From positions 45,880,001-45,944,000 of the forward strand of contig NW_025964334.1 in the NCBI RefSeq assembly GCF_023055435.1: a stretch of 64,000 nt of DNA. Direction: 5' to 3'. Shown in pieces: positions 14,884 through 28,858 of this stretch; within the stretch, counting starts at the first letter, position 1, and the number at the start of each line of letters is the position of its first letter. The notes under the pieces are model-generated. The model did no database searches. It had not been told where the DNA came from and saw only the letters and a program-made list of their open reading frames with translations. The translations under genes and the position numbers were made by a program. The DNA comes from Haliotis rufescens. Taxonomy: Eukaryota.

Positions 14884-17800
14884 TATCTCCACATGCATTT
14901 TCTTGTACTGTAAACATCATCTCCTCAGAAACCACAGGACCAACGAGCTGAAATTTCACATGCTTGTTCTAACCAATGATGACATCTGAACTTTTCAAGG
15001 GAATAGCTACCACAGCAGCTCTATTGAAACATCTAGTTGTGGCCACTGCTCAAGACTTACTATAATGCTCTCACATTCTCTCAAAATTGTTTTCTCTGTA
15101 AACATCTTCACTGACATTGCCAGACAGGGGAAACTGAACTTTGGCATGCATGTTTCCTCTTTCATAATGTCATATTTTGTTCAAATCACTCCGATTTCAA
15201 TGTGTTATTGAACACCATCCACCAGAGTACCAGAATGCCCAGTCCCTAGTCACCCAAGTTGTCTGGCCATGATCTAGATCAAACTTGTGGATCATATTTC
15301 AGACAGGTGTAGATATTGCTTGTGCTCCTACTTACAGCAGGTACTGTAGTCAAATTCCCTGCAGTAAGTACTACAGACCAAAGTACATGAATGGATGGTA
15401 CAGCCAAGCACAGGTATGTCAGGTAAAGGACAGACTATTGGCAGGGGCTCCTTCCAGCAAATGTTACCCGAGTAACCCAACCAGTTCCACCTGTGAGGGA
15501 TTACCACAGTTGTACTCCGTGCATCAAGGCCCTGTATGGAGCACATTAACGTGTAATGTAGCGTGGATCTGGCACCCATCACCCCACCGTTATCACAATA
15601 TGATTACCTCTATCTGACACACAATCTCACATCAAGCTCATGGGAACATTGACATCTCAGCTTATAAACTGTGAACTATGATATCACCCTAGATTTGGGA
15701 AAGAATTTTGCGTAAGAAATTTAGGACATTCAAGAGGGTGATATGCATGATACAAACACTTAAAGATATGTCGGGTAGTACCACTACAGGAGTGGTGTAA
15801 TCAAGTAGAGTTCAGCAAGAGGATGTCATGAAGGGGGCACTTCCCAGTAATCTTTCTGGACAGGTGGATATCTGTTTTCAGTGTTAGAGAAGACTTGTCT
15901 GGTTGACTGCTGAAGAAGCTTGACAGGGAATTATGTGAGACAGATGGCACCAGCAGACACTTGCAACCTCCCCCAGTAACAACACAATGGATGCTTGCTT
16001 TCTGTTCCCACTTTTCAAAATGGCTGCTGCTGGCACTGTTGGAATCTGATCTGGATTCTGTTGCTTACATCAGTACTAGCTGTTCTCTAATGACACCTTG
16101 AGAAGGTCAGCAGCTGGGGGCATGGTGGAGATCCACATCTACCTCCAGACCCTCCCACTCAATCCCATCAGCTGTATCCCCCCCCCCCCCCCCCCACAAA
16201 CACACACACATAGACAGACACTCACACTCACTCAAAGACTGGGAAGATAGTCAGCTCAAACATATGTTTTCTTAAAAAATAAGAGGATATTGTGTGGCAA
16301 TAAAATGGGAAAGCCAAAGATAATTTTTATCATTAACAATAACGATCCAAGACTTACTTATCTGTAGCCACAATACAAACATTGAACTCCAGGTGTTTTT
16401 CAACGTTCATATCACTTATGTTCAGGACAAACGACATCATCATAAATAATACCCTGGTGCAACTCTCATAATAAGAATGATCACTGATGCTCCCAGGACT
16501 ATTTTTGAAAATTCACCTCTGTCTTTGATCACTGCCTATAACCGACAATCAGTTCAAATAACATATAGATGCAGGTTGCACCACAGTTTTGGTGGTATGA
16601 CCCACTGTGAGCTAACTCTCCCCTGTGAGTGGCAGCCTGGCATGCCGCAGCCTGCGTACCGTGTAGCACCTTCTGTAGCACCTTCTCGGTTCACTCTGCA
16701 TCAGGGAAGACATCTTGTCAAGATGATAATGAGCTCATACATAGAAACAACAACCCATCCCTGATCTCCACTTGCAACTGAATACAACACAAAAACCAGC
16801 TGCACGTGGTTCTGCCATCATCAGCCAGGTTCCAGGACCAGGCAGGAGAGGCAGGGTCGGCAGCCATCACCCTGGGTAGGTCAACTGACTGCACTGCCGC
16901 ATATACAAACCAATCACTCATTCTTCACCAGCTGCACATGCCAACCAACACAACTAATAAAATGTGCACTTTTCATGTTTACAATGTCCCTGAAGTAAAC
17001 TTTTTTCTTTACATTGCTGAATATGAGTAAATCTGGATTACTGGAAAATGACCCAACTCCAACATAAACCTATTCATATTTCTACAGATATGTTAATGTA
17101 AGTTTGGTGGGTAGAGTGTTCACTGTATGCAGGAGGGCAATCTGAGGGGCACCTGTGCTGAGACACTTACACGGAGACAACCGCTGCACATTTGAGGAGG
17201 AAATGATGTGGAGCTCCATCTAAGTTTAGACTGGGAATGATGAAGCTGGATAAAGGAGTCTTCATACAACAGGATGCTAATGCACTGGGACCTTGATGGC
17301 CATGGGGGAAACTGTCCACAGGACTCCGCTATTCTATCAACCACCCTTCACCCCATGCTGTTCCTCCGTACTATACACTATAGCATGGATGCATAGACTT
17401 TCTCTCAGATGACCCCCCAAAAAGTCAACTCAAGTCTAGAAGGATTTGGCATGTCTAGCTTGTCTGAAATTAAGGATTGTTCCTGGCTCCATTTTGATTT
17501 GATTTTTTTTTTGTAGATATGTTTAAATAAGAATACTATATTTCTGGGGCTAAATGTCAATCTAAATGGATGCATTCACAATTACTCCCGATAACCTACA
17601 AAGAGGTCAATCCTCTGATACGCAGTTTGAGAGGTGGAGTTACCACAAAACATATGCAGTTTATGCGCATGTGTGCTGTATGGTCTCTTCATACAGCAGC
17701 GCATTAGGCCAGGAAAAATATCTCAAGTGGCTATGTGGTTTCAGTCACTTGCATGACGATTCTTGTTTTCATTTCAACAGCCCTAAGAAGTATATTGTGT

Positions 17801-18021
17801 AGACCAATGCTTAGTCTCTGAAAATATCATTTTGATAGAAAAAAGTAACTCATTTAAATCAAAAAGGAGCCCCAGTGAGATGGGAAAATTTAGACTTGCT
17901 TCATTTAGGGCTTTTGCATTACAGAAAGGGCTGATCAGAAGGAAAAATAATATGGTTCAGGGACTGAGAGACAGACTATATCTTGTGATACACTCAAAAT
18001 TCCTCCAACTGGTCACACACT

Positions 18022-18812
18022 ATGGTCAGTATGGACATACAGGGGGTAGACTACACATGGTGGTCAGTATGGACATGGTGGTCAGTATGGACATGGTGGT
18101 CAGTATGGACATGGTGGTCAGTATGGACATACAAGGGGTAGACTACACATGGTGGTCAGTATGGACATGGTGGTCAGTATGGACATGGTGGTCAGTATGG
18201 ACATGGTGGTCAGTATGGACATACAAGGGGTAGACTACACATGGTGGTCAGTATGGACATGGTGGTCAGTATGGACATGGTGGTCAGTATGGACATACAA
18301 GGGGTAGACTACACATGGTGGTCCGTATGGACATGGTGGTCAGTATGGACATACAAGGGGTAGACTACACATGGTGGTCAGTATGGACATGGTGGTCAGT
18401 ATGGACATGGTGGTCAGTATGGACATACAAGGGGTAGACTACACATGGTGGTCAGTATGGACATGGTGGTCAGTATGGACATGGTGGTCAGTATGGACAT
18501 GGTGGTCAGTATGGACATACAAGGGGTAGACTACACATGGTGGTCAGTATGGACATGGTGGTCAGTATGGACATGGTGGTCAGTATGGACATACAAGGGG
18601 TAGACTACACATGGTGGTCAGTATGGACATGGTGGTCAGTATGGACATGGTGGTCAGTATGGACATACAAGGGGTAGACTACACATGGTGGTCAGTATGG
18701 ACATGGTGGTCAGTATGGACATGGTGGTCAGTATGGACATGGTGGTCAGTATGGACATACAAGGGGTAGACAACACATGGTGGTCAGTATGGCCATACAA
18801 GGGGTAGACAAC
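18022..18812. repeat. Nested minisatellite: runs of 18-bp ATGGTGGTCAGTATGGAC punctuated by a constant 20-bp ATACAAGGGGTAGACTACAC
   Basis: Direct reading. Confidence 0.96.
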
Positions 18813-20672
18813 AAAGTAATTTCTGGTACAGACTCTAGTACATATAGTGTAGAAAACGTTCACCTCCATTGTATTCTTGTCCCTGTCTCAGCTCTGACAG
18901 CCGATACTCAACCCATGTTCAGCTCTAGTTTGGGGTGTTTTGTAGGAACTAAATATCTGCTTGTGTTGTTTGTATTGCAACAAGACTCCCGCGATGTACT
19001 ATATATGATACAAGTACAAAACATCAACACTAGAGAATAACCCGTCTCCATTATCCACCGAAGCAGATTCCATTGGGCACAAAATGCAAAATAGTAGTGA
19101 AAATTATACAAATGAAGCACTGAAAATCAGCGATGACACCAGGCCTTTGTGAAAAGGGTAAGCATGTCCTGCTGTACGGGCAGCACACAGGAATTCATTC
19201 ACGGGCAACATGTTTAGATTTTACATTTCTGACTTGAACCAAAAGTCACGATCAGAAAATTAAATCAAAATATCTTTTATAGATTTGAAAAATAAAGATG
19301 CCACTAAAAAACAACATAAAAGTAACTGTAATACTAAATGATAAAATGGATTTATAAAACATGATATAGTCACTGGCAACTGTAAACAAACACTTCTTAA
19401 AGAACTCAAAGCCTTTTCTGACAGTAAATACATGTGTTTTACTTTAAATGTTTCCACTCTTATAAATTGACAACCAGAAATGTGTAACCATAACATTGTA
19501 AAACATCATGGTCATAGCACGGTGTTAAGTTTGTCAACATACAACCACAAAATTACGTTTCTAAAATTATATCAAAACTTGACAATATGAAATTAGTTTT
19601 AACCATGGAGCTTGCCTTGGTCTGTAATGTTTCATGAGTAATGTGTACAGCCCTTACCTGCTGAAGCGATATATATTCCATCAATCATGCTAACAATCCA
19701 ACTGTGTCTCTTGGATGTTGTACAGCAAATGTCATACAACCTCTCTCAGGCCACACCAATCTACATAACCCATTCACAGTGCACAACCAAGTCCCAACAG
19801 GTCTAATGAAAGTAAATTAGCATTGGGATTATACCCTTTGACCAAACCAGGCAGATTAGTGGAAATCCTCCTAATCTCTTAATACCCTCTGTGAAGAAAT
19901 TAGCTGATTACCAGATTTGTTCTCTCTGACATACATGCAGTTCGTAATGTGTGCACATTGTGTAGTTAGATTGTCTGAAGGGGCAGTGTTGGTGTACTAC
20001 AGTCAGTAATTACTGTCACAGACTTGTGAGTATAATCAGTGTTCATGGTCATACCGGTGACAAGGGCTGGTACAACCTGTCTTATTCTATTCACATGACA
20101 CCTTGATGTAAGTCATCTGCAGGTGTCTGTGCTCTGCAGTATAAAGTATGTCTTTCATTAATTAGGGACCTACTGGCTTAAAATTTCACAAATTTTAAAT
20201 GAAATTATATTTGGGATTGTGGTCTGCCAGCCTAGATTAATATACCTGATGAAGAACTTCAGGGTCAATGGGGAAGGGAGGTAACCCTTAGATTTGAATT
20301 AGATATTTCCTTTCTCTTTCTTTCTTTAATCCAACCAACACTACATCTGAGAGATCACTTCAATGTTTGTTTTTCTTTTCAATTTTACTTTTTCTATATC
20401 TAGATTTTTGGCGTCTGCCATAAAGGTAATCTCTCTGAAATAGGTAAGATTTAGTTGATGTTACATCTTTTGTATTTCAGGGGAAAAAACAAATACTGAT
20501 TGATTTTTATATTCCAACCATCTGTAAGTAGATTATTTCCATAATCACCAGTCATACAAGACAAAATCAACACTACATCAGTGTGCTGTCAACAAGTCAG
20601 TAGCATACCATCAACAAGTCAGTAGCATACCATCAACAAGTCCACCCAGTCTGTGCTAGGACACATCTACGT

Positions 20673-21170
20673 GTTTGTTTATTTGTTTTTAATACAGTCA
20701 CCTATATTCCAGCTATATGATGGGAGCATGTAAATAATCAAATCTGGACCAGACAATCCAGCGATTCATATATATTATGAGCAACATAAAGACATACAGT
20801 CAACTAAGTCACCAAGTCACCAAGTCACCAAGACTGTCCACCTAATTCATCAAGTTACCTCATACAACAAGCATAGGTGTCTGGGGACCAGAATCCCCAT
20901 GGTGCTGATGTCAACAATGATCAGGAACTAGTTCCATCCGAAACAAATAATAACAGTGTAACAGTGCCATATTCCAGCATTATGGCGGCGGTCTGTAAAT
21001 AATCAAGTCTGGACCAGACAACCCAGTGATTGACATCATGAGATCGATACACGCAATTGGGATATGATGACATACATGAACCAAGTCAGCAAGCCTGAAC
21101 ACCTGATCCCTTTAGTCGCCTCTTATGACAAGCATGGGCTGCTGAAGACATATTCATATCCGGAATCTTC
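20673..21170 (-). mobile_element. Two tandem degenerate SINE family A copies
   Basis: TAAATAATCAA.TCTGGACCAGACAA.CCAG occurs at ~20730 and ~20997, each followed by family A body sequence. Confidence 0.7.
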
Positions 21171-21228
21171 ACAGTACTTCACTACAGGGAACAGATACTC
21201 TTTGACACTGACATTTGATAATGTATGC

Positions 21229-21945
21229 AATATCTTAGCAAACACCCAGCACAATACAGTCTCATGACACACAATAACACACACAATATCTTAGCAAACA
21301 CCCACCTCTGTACAGTGTCATGACACACAATAACACACACAATATCTTAGCAAACACCCACCACTGTACAGTCTCATGACACACAATAACACACATAATA
21401 TCTTAGCAAACACCCACCTCTGTACAGTCTCATGACACACAATAACACACACAATATCTTAGCAAACACCCACCACTGTACAGTCTCATGACACACAATA
21501 ACACACACAATATCGTAGCAAACACCCACCTCTGTACAGTCTCATGACACACAATAACACACACAATATCGTAGCAAACACCCACCACTGTACAGTCTCA
21601 TGACACACAATAACACACACAATATCTTAGCAAACACCCACCACTGTACAGTCTCATGACACACAATAACACACACAATATCTTAGCAAACACCCACCAC
21701 TGTACAGTCTCATGACACACAATAACACACACAATATCGTAGCAAACACCCACCTCTGTACAGTCTCATGACACACAATAACACACACAATATCTTAGCA
21801 AACACCCACCTCTGTACAGTCTCATGACACACAATAACACACACAATATCTTAGCAAACACCCACCTTTGTACAGTCTCATGACACACAATAACACACAC
21901 AATATCTTAGCAAACACCCACCACTGTACAGTCTCATGACACACA
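21229..21945. repeat. 56-bp minisatellite x~13
   Basis: TATCTTAGCAAACACCCAC recurs every 56 bp. Confidence 0.96.
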
Positions 21946-22931
21946 TCAACATTACAAACTGCTATATCTTAGCAAACCTGCAGCCCACAGTCTGTGATCA
22001 TGGCTGAAGTTGGCCACAGGTACTTGATTCCAGCTGTATACTTCATCATATACTGGAGGTATAGTTTAGGTACATATGAAACACTGACACTAAGTGTGTA
22101 AGGGCACTGAATTCCTTGTAAATCTGCAGCTTCTCCTGAATGGCCCTCTCAGGCTTGACAATATGTAGAACCCTGTGAGATGACCTGCCCTCCCATCTCC
22201 GTGGTGTGGCACCCCAGGTTATCTCTCTCACTATACAGATAAGCTCTGCACTTTTTGTGCTTCTCTCTCATATGGTGGGCTTGAAATGAAATATGCCTCA
22301 TTGCATGATTCCTATATCATCCGGCTGGGATTAATAAACTTTATCTCTTCACATGAAATTATTGTTTCCACTTTTAGTACGGGCAGGTTGCCAAAATTCC
22401 TCCTGCGATCATTTATTTTGTAGAGGAAGAACATGGCTGCCTGACTCATCCTCCCCGCTCACCTGACCAGGCTAAATATAACTTGATATTTCACCAACCT
22501 TCAGCAAACATGGCAGAAATTTGGGCAAAACTATGTTGTTTGTGACCTTCTTATACCATGGCTTCTTGCTCATTCAATGCAAGTCCAGACACAAACATTT
22601 GAGAGTATTTTCTTTTACATGAAAGTTATAAATGCTTAAAATATGATCAAACAAACACACACTTTTTTGATAAAAAGAACTTCCTGATGAGCCAGTGGAG
22701 GAGACGCACTGACATATTGGATGGTACCACCTCGGTCATCTGGGCTGGGGCAACTGATTGAATAATTAAATCTGGGGTATGTATAGATCAACCGTCATGT
22801 ATCATGTAGCTTGGTCTTGAGACTATATCATATTTTGCCGACCACTAATACCCACCACCTCCCCTTCCCCTATTTATGTAACATTTTTCCATGGGACCCC
22901 CAAATACATGTAACATTTATATATGATCATG

Positions 22932-23245
22932 AGATATGACAACCAATGGTTGATCAGTCCTATGTCATCATCACCAGATATGACAACCAATGGTTGATCA
23001 GTCCTATGTCATCATCACCAGATATGACAACCAATGGTTGATCAGTCCTATATCATCATCACCAGATATGACAACCAATGGTTGATCAGTCCTATGTCAT
23101 CATCACCAGATATGACAACCAATGGTTGATCAGTCTTATGTCATCATCACCAGATATGACAACCAATGGTTGATCAGTCTTATGTCATCATCACCAGATA
23201 TGACAACCAATGGTTGATCAGTCCTTTGTCATCACCAGATATGAC
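22932..23245. repeat. 44-bp minisatellite x7
   Basis: AGATATGACAACCAATGGTTGATCAGTCCTATGTCATCATCACC. Confidence 0.96.
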
Positions 23246-24797
23246 AGACTAACTTGGCCGGCAGTAGTAAACTCATCATCTGTGATACAACAGACTAACT
23301 GGGCTGGCAGTAGTTAACTCATCATCTGTGGTACAGCAGACTAACTGGGCCGGCAGTAGTTAACTCATCATCTGTGATACAACAGACTAACTGGGCCGGC
23401 AGTAGTTAACTCATCTGTGGTACAGCAGACTAACTGGGCCGGCAGTAGTTAACTCATCGTCTGTGATACAACAGACTAACTGGGCCGGCAGTAGTTAACT
23501 CATCATCTGTGGTACAACAGACTAACTGGGCCGGCAGTAGTTAACTCATCTGTGGTACAGCAGACTCACTGGGCCGGCAGTAGTTAACTCATCATCTGTG
23601 ATACAACAGACTAACTGGGCCGGCAGTAGTTAACTCATCATCTGTGGTACAGCAGACTAACTGGGCCGGCAGTAGTTAACTCATCATCTGTGATACAACA
23701 GACTAACTGGGCCGGCAGTAGTTAACTCATCTGTGGTACAGCAGACTAACTGGGCCGGCAGTAGTTAACTCATCGTCTGTGATACAACAGACTAACTGGG
23801 CCGGCAGTAGTTAACTCATCGTCTGTGATACAACAGACTAACTGGGCCGGCAGTAGTTAACTCATCTGTGGTACAGCAGACTAACTGGGCCGGCAGTAGT
23901 TAACTCATCTGTGGTACAGCAGACTAACTGGGTCGGCAGTAGTTAACTCATCATCTGTGATACAACAGACTAACTGGGCCGGCAGTAGTTAACTCATCTG
24001 TGATACAACAGACTAACTGGGCCGGCAGAAGTTAACTCATCATCTGTGGTACAGCAGACTAACTGGGCCGGCAGAAGTTAACTCATCATCTGTGGTACAG
24101 CAGACTAACTGGGCCGGCAGTAGTTAACTCATCATCTGTGGTACAACAGACTAACTGGGCCGGCAGTAGTTAACTCATCTGTGGCACAGCAGACTAACTG
24201 GGCCGGCAGTAGTTAACTCATCGTCTGTGATACAACAGACTAACTGGGCCGACAGTAGTTAACTCATCATCTGTGGTACAACAGACTAACTGGGCCGGCA
24301 GTAGTTAACTCATCTGTGGTACAGCAGACTCACTGGGCCGGCAGTAGTTAACTCATCATCTGTGATACAACAGACTAACTGGGCCGGCAGTTGTTAACTC
24401 ATCATCTGTGGTACAGCAGACTAACTTGGCCGGCAGTAGTTAACTCATCATCTGTGATACAACAGACTAACTGGGCCGGCAGTTGTTAACTCATCATCTG
24501 TGGTACAGCAGACTAACTTGGCCGGCAGTAGTTAACTCATCATCTGTGATACAACAGACTAACTGGGCCGACAGTAGTTAACTCATCGTCTGTGATACAA
24601 CAGACTAACTGGGCCGGCAGTAGTTAACTCATCATCTGTGATACAGCAGACTAACTGGGCCGGCAGTAGTTAACTCATCGTCTGTGATACAACAGACTAA
24701 CTGGGCCGGCAGAAGTTAACTCATCATCTGTGGTACAACAGACTAACTGGGCCGCCAGTAGTTAACTCATCATCTGTGATACAGCAGACTAACTGGT
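23245..24797. repeat. 46/43-bp minisatellite x~34
   Basis: CAGACTAACTGGGCCGGCAGTAGTTAACTCATCATCTGTG(A/G)TACA(A/G). Confidence 0.97.
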
Positions 24798-25086
24798 TGA
24801 ACAGTAAATAACTGAATTTTTATGTACACCAAGAACAAGGAAACCAACATGTGGAATTTTAACCCTCAAACAGCCCAGATATGGTGTTTACGGCAAACTT
24901 ATCTACAGAAACATAAATTCATACAATGTCGGAATTAAGTCGTTTCTTTTTTGTAGGAAACTTTTTCTTCAGCTTATCAAGGTATTGTAAACATTCTGTA
25001 AATGGTATCTGTCGGCATAATGGCCACGATCTGTTACCCAGTTCACAACCTGTGCATCTCAGCTGCATGTCGGTGAACTGACTCAC

Positions 25087-25830
25087 GACACAACACTGAC
25101 ATTCCACATGGCGTTTACTACTATATAACGCCTCCCCAGTCTTATAATACTTAATATCTCGCAGTCTGTAGTCCATACAAGCTGAAATCTTAACATACCG
25201 TATATATATCTCGTTTATAAACGTTATAATCTGAGTTTACCATTGATCACAAAGCTATATAACAGATTTAATTAAGGGTTAGTGTTATTCAACAGAGTGG
25301 CAAATCCTGCTATCAGATTACAATAATCCGGTGAATACTTGACGCGGTATATAAGGACTTCTAAATCTGTGGAATATCTGACGCGGTATATAAGGACATC
25401 TAAATCTGTGGAATATCTGGCGCGGTATAAAAGGACATCTAAAACTGTGGGATACCTGACGCGGTATATAAGGACATCTTATGACCGGCACCTAGCTTTG
25501 TATGGTAGTTTGCCATTACCGCAGAGGCTTGTGACGTCATTGCGCCGCTATATTCCCTTCAAAGAAAGTCTGGGACCAGTTGAGGCGCGGATGGTCGGAA
25601 GCCAATGTGGCGTGCTATCTGACGATATGAAACATGTTTGAATGAAGACATATATATAAACGACGCCAAACTTACCAGCAGTGTGTTCTGACCGGTCCGC
25701 GCAGATGATGCTAGCACAAGAGAGAAAGATTTGAGGGTGTGAGGAGTTGTAGAGTAAAAGAGGGGCGTTCTCTTCAACGTTGAGGGTGGGATATGTGGAT
25801 CATGTGATACAATTCTTATCGTCCATTGGC
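25087..25830 (-). promoter_or_regulatory. Candidate promoter and first two exons of an unidentified minus-strand gene
   Basis: CpG-rich zone; CCAAT (minus strand, ~25825); donor CTG|GTAAGT at 25676; exon TTTCAG|25181..25087|GTGAGT; CRE TGACGTCA at ~25532. Confidence 0.4.
25335..25480. repeat. 39-bp tandem repeat x~4
   Basis: TGACGCGGTATATAAGGACATCTAAATCTGTGGAATATC. Confidence 0.9.
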
Positions 25831-27394
25831 TGAAAATGTATGCCAGTCAAGACCAAATGCATACGCTTTCATTGACGAGACTGTCCTAAGTGCACGAGTA
25901 TATTCCGGTTATTGCACATAACTATAAGTAGTGCATGAATGATTGCCGAGCTTTCCTTATTATTAAAACAAATGAAAAACTAAAACCAATTAACAGATTT
26001 AGCCATAACAGCTGCCATGATAATACCAAATTCAGAATGCATAGAACACCGCACCTTCTAGGTGGTATCGTGTTCAAATATGGTAATGTCAGTGCCCGTC
26101 ATCCGAGCCGGTGTTACGCCAATGGTACCAGCATCATGCTCTTCGTTCAACTGGGATGGACACTGTCAAATTAACTACTGCCATTGTTTATATAAAGACC
26201 CCGTTCTGGGTTCCAGGAAATGAACTCCCAGACCTTGTGTACAGTACCACTTTGGAAGAGGAATACCGGCTCATGCAGCTTCTTTAATGAAGTAGTTATC
26301 ATTGGGGAACATCTGCCATCATTTAGGCCGATCGTGGCTCGGTCTGAGCGCGTGCCTATAGATGTGAGGCTACACACGGCAAGTGTTATGTATCGTGTTG
26401 GGCGATGTACCTCTGGCCTTCCTACTACACAGATATAGTCGAGCGAACTGTTACGTTGCTCAAGTGTTTCGTCTCCTGCCACGTGGGCCGTTAATTGCTT
26501 TTGTGGAGGCAGTTCTGCCAAGAGAGTTCAAGAGATACGAAGAATTATATATAGGAAAACAGAGAGATGCCTGTCTTCGAACAATTAGAGATATATATAA
26601 GTCTCCCAAGCCTTTTCCTCGTTGTAGTTCAAGCTTTAGCGTCAACGTCCGTTGTTGATAGACAGGCCGATGGAAACAGTTTCATATCATCAGATAGACT
26701 TATATCTGGACTCCGAAATGAAAATATTTTAAGCTATGTTCTGTAAAATTGTATTTTTATGTATAATAGAAAGGGGCCCAGAGACTCTCTTCATTTTGGG
26801 CAGACATCTAACCTAACCCAAGTATTGGAGTCCTGCTTGGAAGTCCTCGGATATACTTGTTTCATGGTTTTATGTCAAGTTAGCCATCACTATATCTGTG
26901 GTATCTGTGGTATTTGTTTTTAACCTACAACAGAAAGTCAGCTAAGAACCATCGTCCCGGGGCAAGAGTGTCCACTAGCCTGTATATCAAAGGCAAGTGA
27001 AAAGATAGCTTTTCACAGGAGTTTGATATATAGGTAAATTGGAGCTCTTACCCCGGGACGATAGCTTTTCACTAGAATGTGATATATACGCAAGTGAACA
27101 CGTTGGCCTCGGGAGGATGGATGTGAACAGAAATATGGAGAAGATGAAACAATTAAAATTGTACAACATAAATTAATTTATCAAAACGTCATCGCAAACG
27201 AACGTCCTAAAAGAGGTTTACACTGACCTATATCTATATAGAGGTAATATCTGTTACATTGTTCACAAAGAATAACAATCGCTTACATGTATACATCTAA
27301 AGGGCACTATGCAAAAACATAAAACAACACGCATTAAAACATGTATTGTAAGTATATAAATCGCCCTATTTTCTCGCAGAATATATCTATAAAT

Positions 27395-27535
27395 AAACGA
27401 CTCAGACTAGACAATCCAGTGATTGACATCATGAGCATCGATATACGCAACTGAGATACGACAGCATGCATCAAACCAAGTCCGCGAGCCTGATCACCAG
27501 TTTCCCTTCGTCGCCTTATGGGTTGCTGAAGACTA
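27395..27535 (-). mobile_element. SINE family A fragment
   Basis: CAGACAATCCAGTGATTGACATCATGAGCATCGAT-like segment...GGGTTGCTGAAGAC. Confidence 0.65.
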
Positions 27536-28191
27536 ATTGTAGATGTCTACGTTTGTCAACGAATGATGCAAACTTATGTATGATTACCTTTAAGCACTGT
27601 GGTCCTGACAATAGAAATCATGTCCATGTAGTCAAGCATATCACCACGATATCAAGCGAACTGACGCCAGTTACTGTTTCACAATACAGTTGAAGGATTC
27701 ATAAGCGTAGGCCTGTTTATTACAGAGTTTACATCCTCCAGACATAATACTGCGTGAAGATTCTCGAATACAAAGTTTCAGAGTGGATCTCTATTTCGGA
27801 TGTAAGTAAATAACTTGCCAGAGTACATATATAATCTTGTCATATATCCACACATGTTTGCGTTATTTGAAACGTTAATGAGCCATAAATGTCTCTAAAG
27901 TGATCAGTAACATATACAATTCGTCTCCATTTCAATTTCGGGTGAAGGACTAACAAACAATCTCGACAGAATGCATCGGATTTTGAAGGACTTGTTATGG
28001 AGGAACAGAATATTTCTTTGGCGTTTGGAGTTTAGATTATATAGTAGACCAAATAATAGAAGTTTACTGAAATCCACGACGCCAGGAATGCTACCAAATA
28101 GAAGATTCCCGGTGGTAGGATCTGACGGAGGTCGCGTCACTGTACAGTACGCTGATATACCTCTGTGTGCTTCCTTCGGGTTCTAAATGGT

Positions 28192-28480
28192 GACAGCCGT
28201 CTCAGTGGTCGAGTGGACAGAGCGTCTGCCCAAAGAGCAGAAGGTCGGAGTTTCGATCCCGGTCGTGTCTCAATAAGAGATGTTGAAAGATGGTACTTGT
28301 TGTTACCCTGATGCTCGGCATTAAGGGGATAAAACAAGGACTAGTCGTCTCGGAGTCTATATACAGTGTCTGAGTTGTTGTATCCATAAAACTGCGGAAT
28401 GGTATCTCAGTGGACTAGCACTATAAAACCGGCATTTTGAATCTTGAACGAGACTTTAAACCCCATTTCCCTCACACCTT
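28192..28480 (+). mobile_element. Second, diverged copy of the tRNA/Meta-like SINE
   Basis: Colinear with the 11345-11686 copy (AAAACAAGGACT, ATCTCAGTGG.CTAGCACT, TTAAACCCCAT); A/B boxes present. Confidence 0.7.
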
Positions 28481-28633
28481 ATGTAGACCTCATATTTCAA
28501 ACAGTAATTCACATCCATAACGACCATAGTTCATTTTCAGCCATGTCTTCACGCTTTCTATTATTCGACATAATTAATATATGGTCTTGGTTTCTGACAA
28601 TATTCATCAATCTTTGATTTACATGAAAGATTA

Positions 28634-28858
28634 CCCGTGTAAATACGGGTAAGAATAGGTCTTCAGCAACCAATGCTTGCCGTAAGAGGCTACTAACAGG
28701 ATCGGGAGACTTGGTTGATGCATGTCATCTTATCCTTTTGATTCGATACATCATGATATCAATCACTTGATTGTCTGGTCCAGACTCGATTATTTACACA
28801 CCGCTGTCATATTACTGAAATAACGCTGAGTGTGGCGTTAAACAACAAAAAAACAAAA
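28634..28858 (+). mobile_element. SINE family A copy
   Basis: AGAATAGGTCTTCAGCAACC...CTGGTCCAGACTCGATTATTTAC...GGCGTTAAACAAC; TSD ACATGAAAGATTA at 28621 / 28859. Confidence 0.85.

Noticed and set aside
745-22500. Short ORFs and splice-like sites (887-1084, 2504-2704, 5969-6208, 15285-15617, 19660-19770, 22046-22231) as coding exons
   Set aside because: No recognisable homology, and stops in the frames implied by candidate splice sites.
18022-24797. Repeat arrays superficially resembling CRISPR (palindromic units, repeat-spacer look)
   Set aside because: Spacers are constant rather than unique, no cas genes, and the context is eukaryotic with spliceosomal introns.
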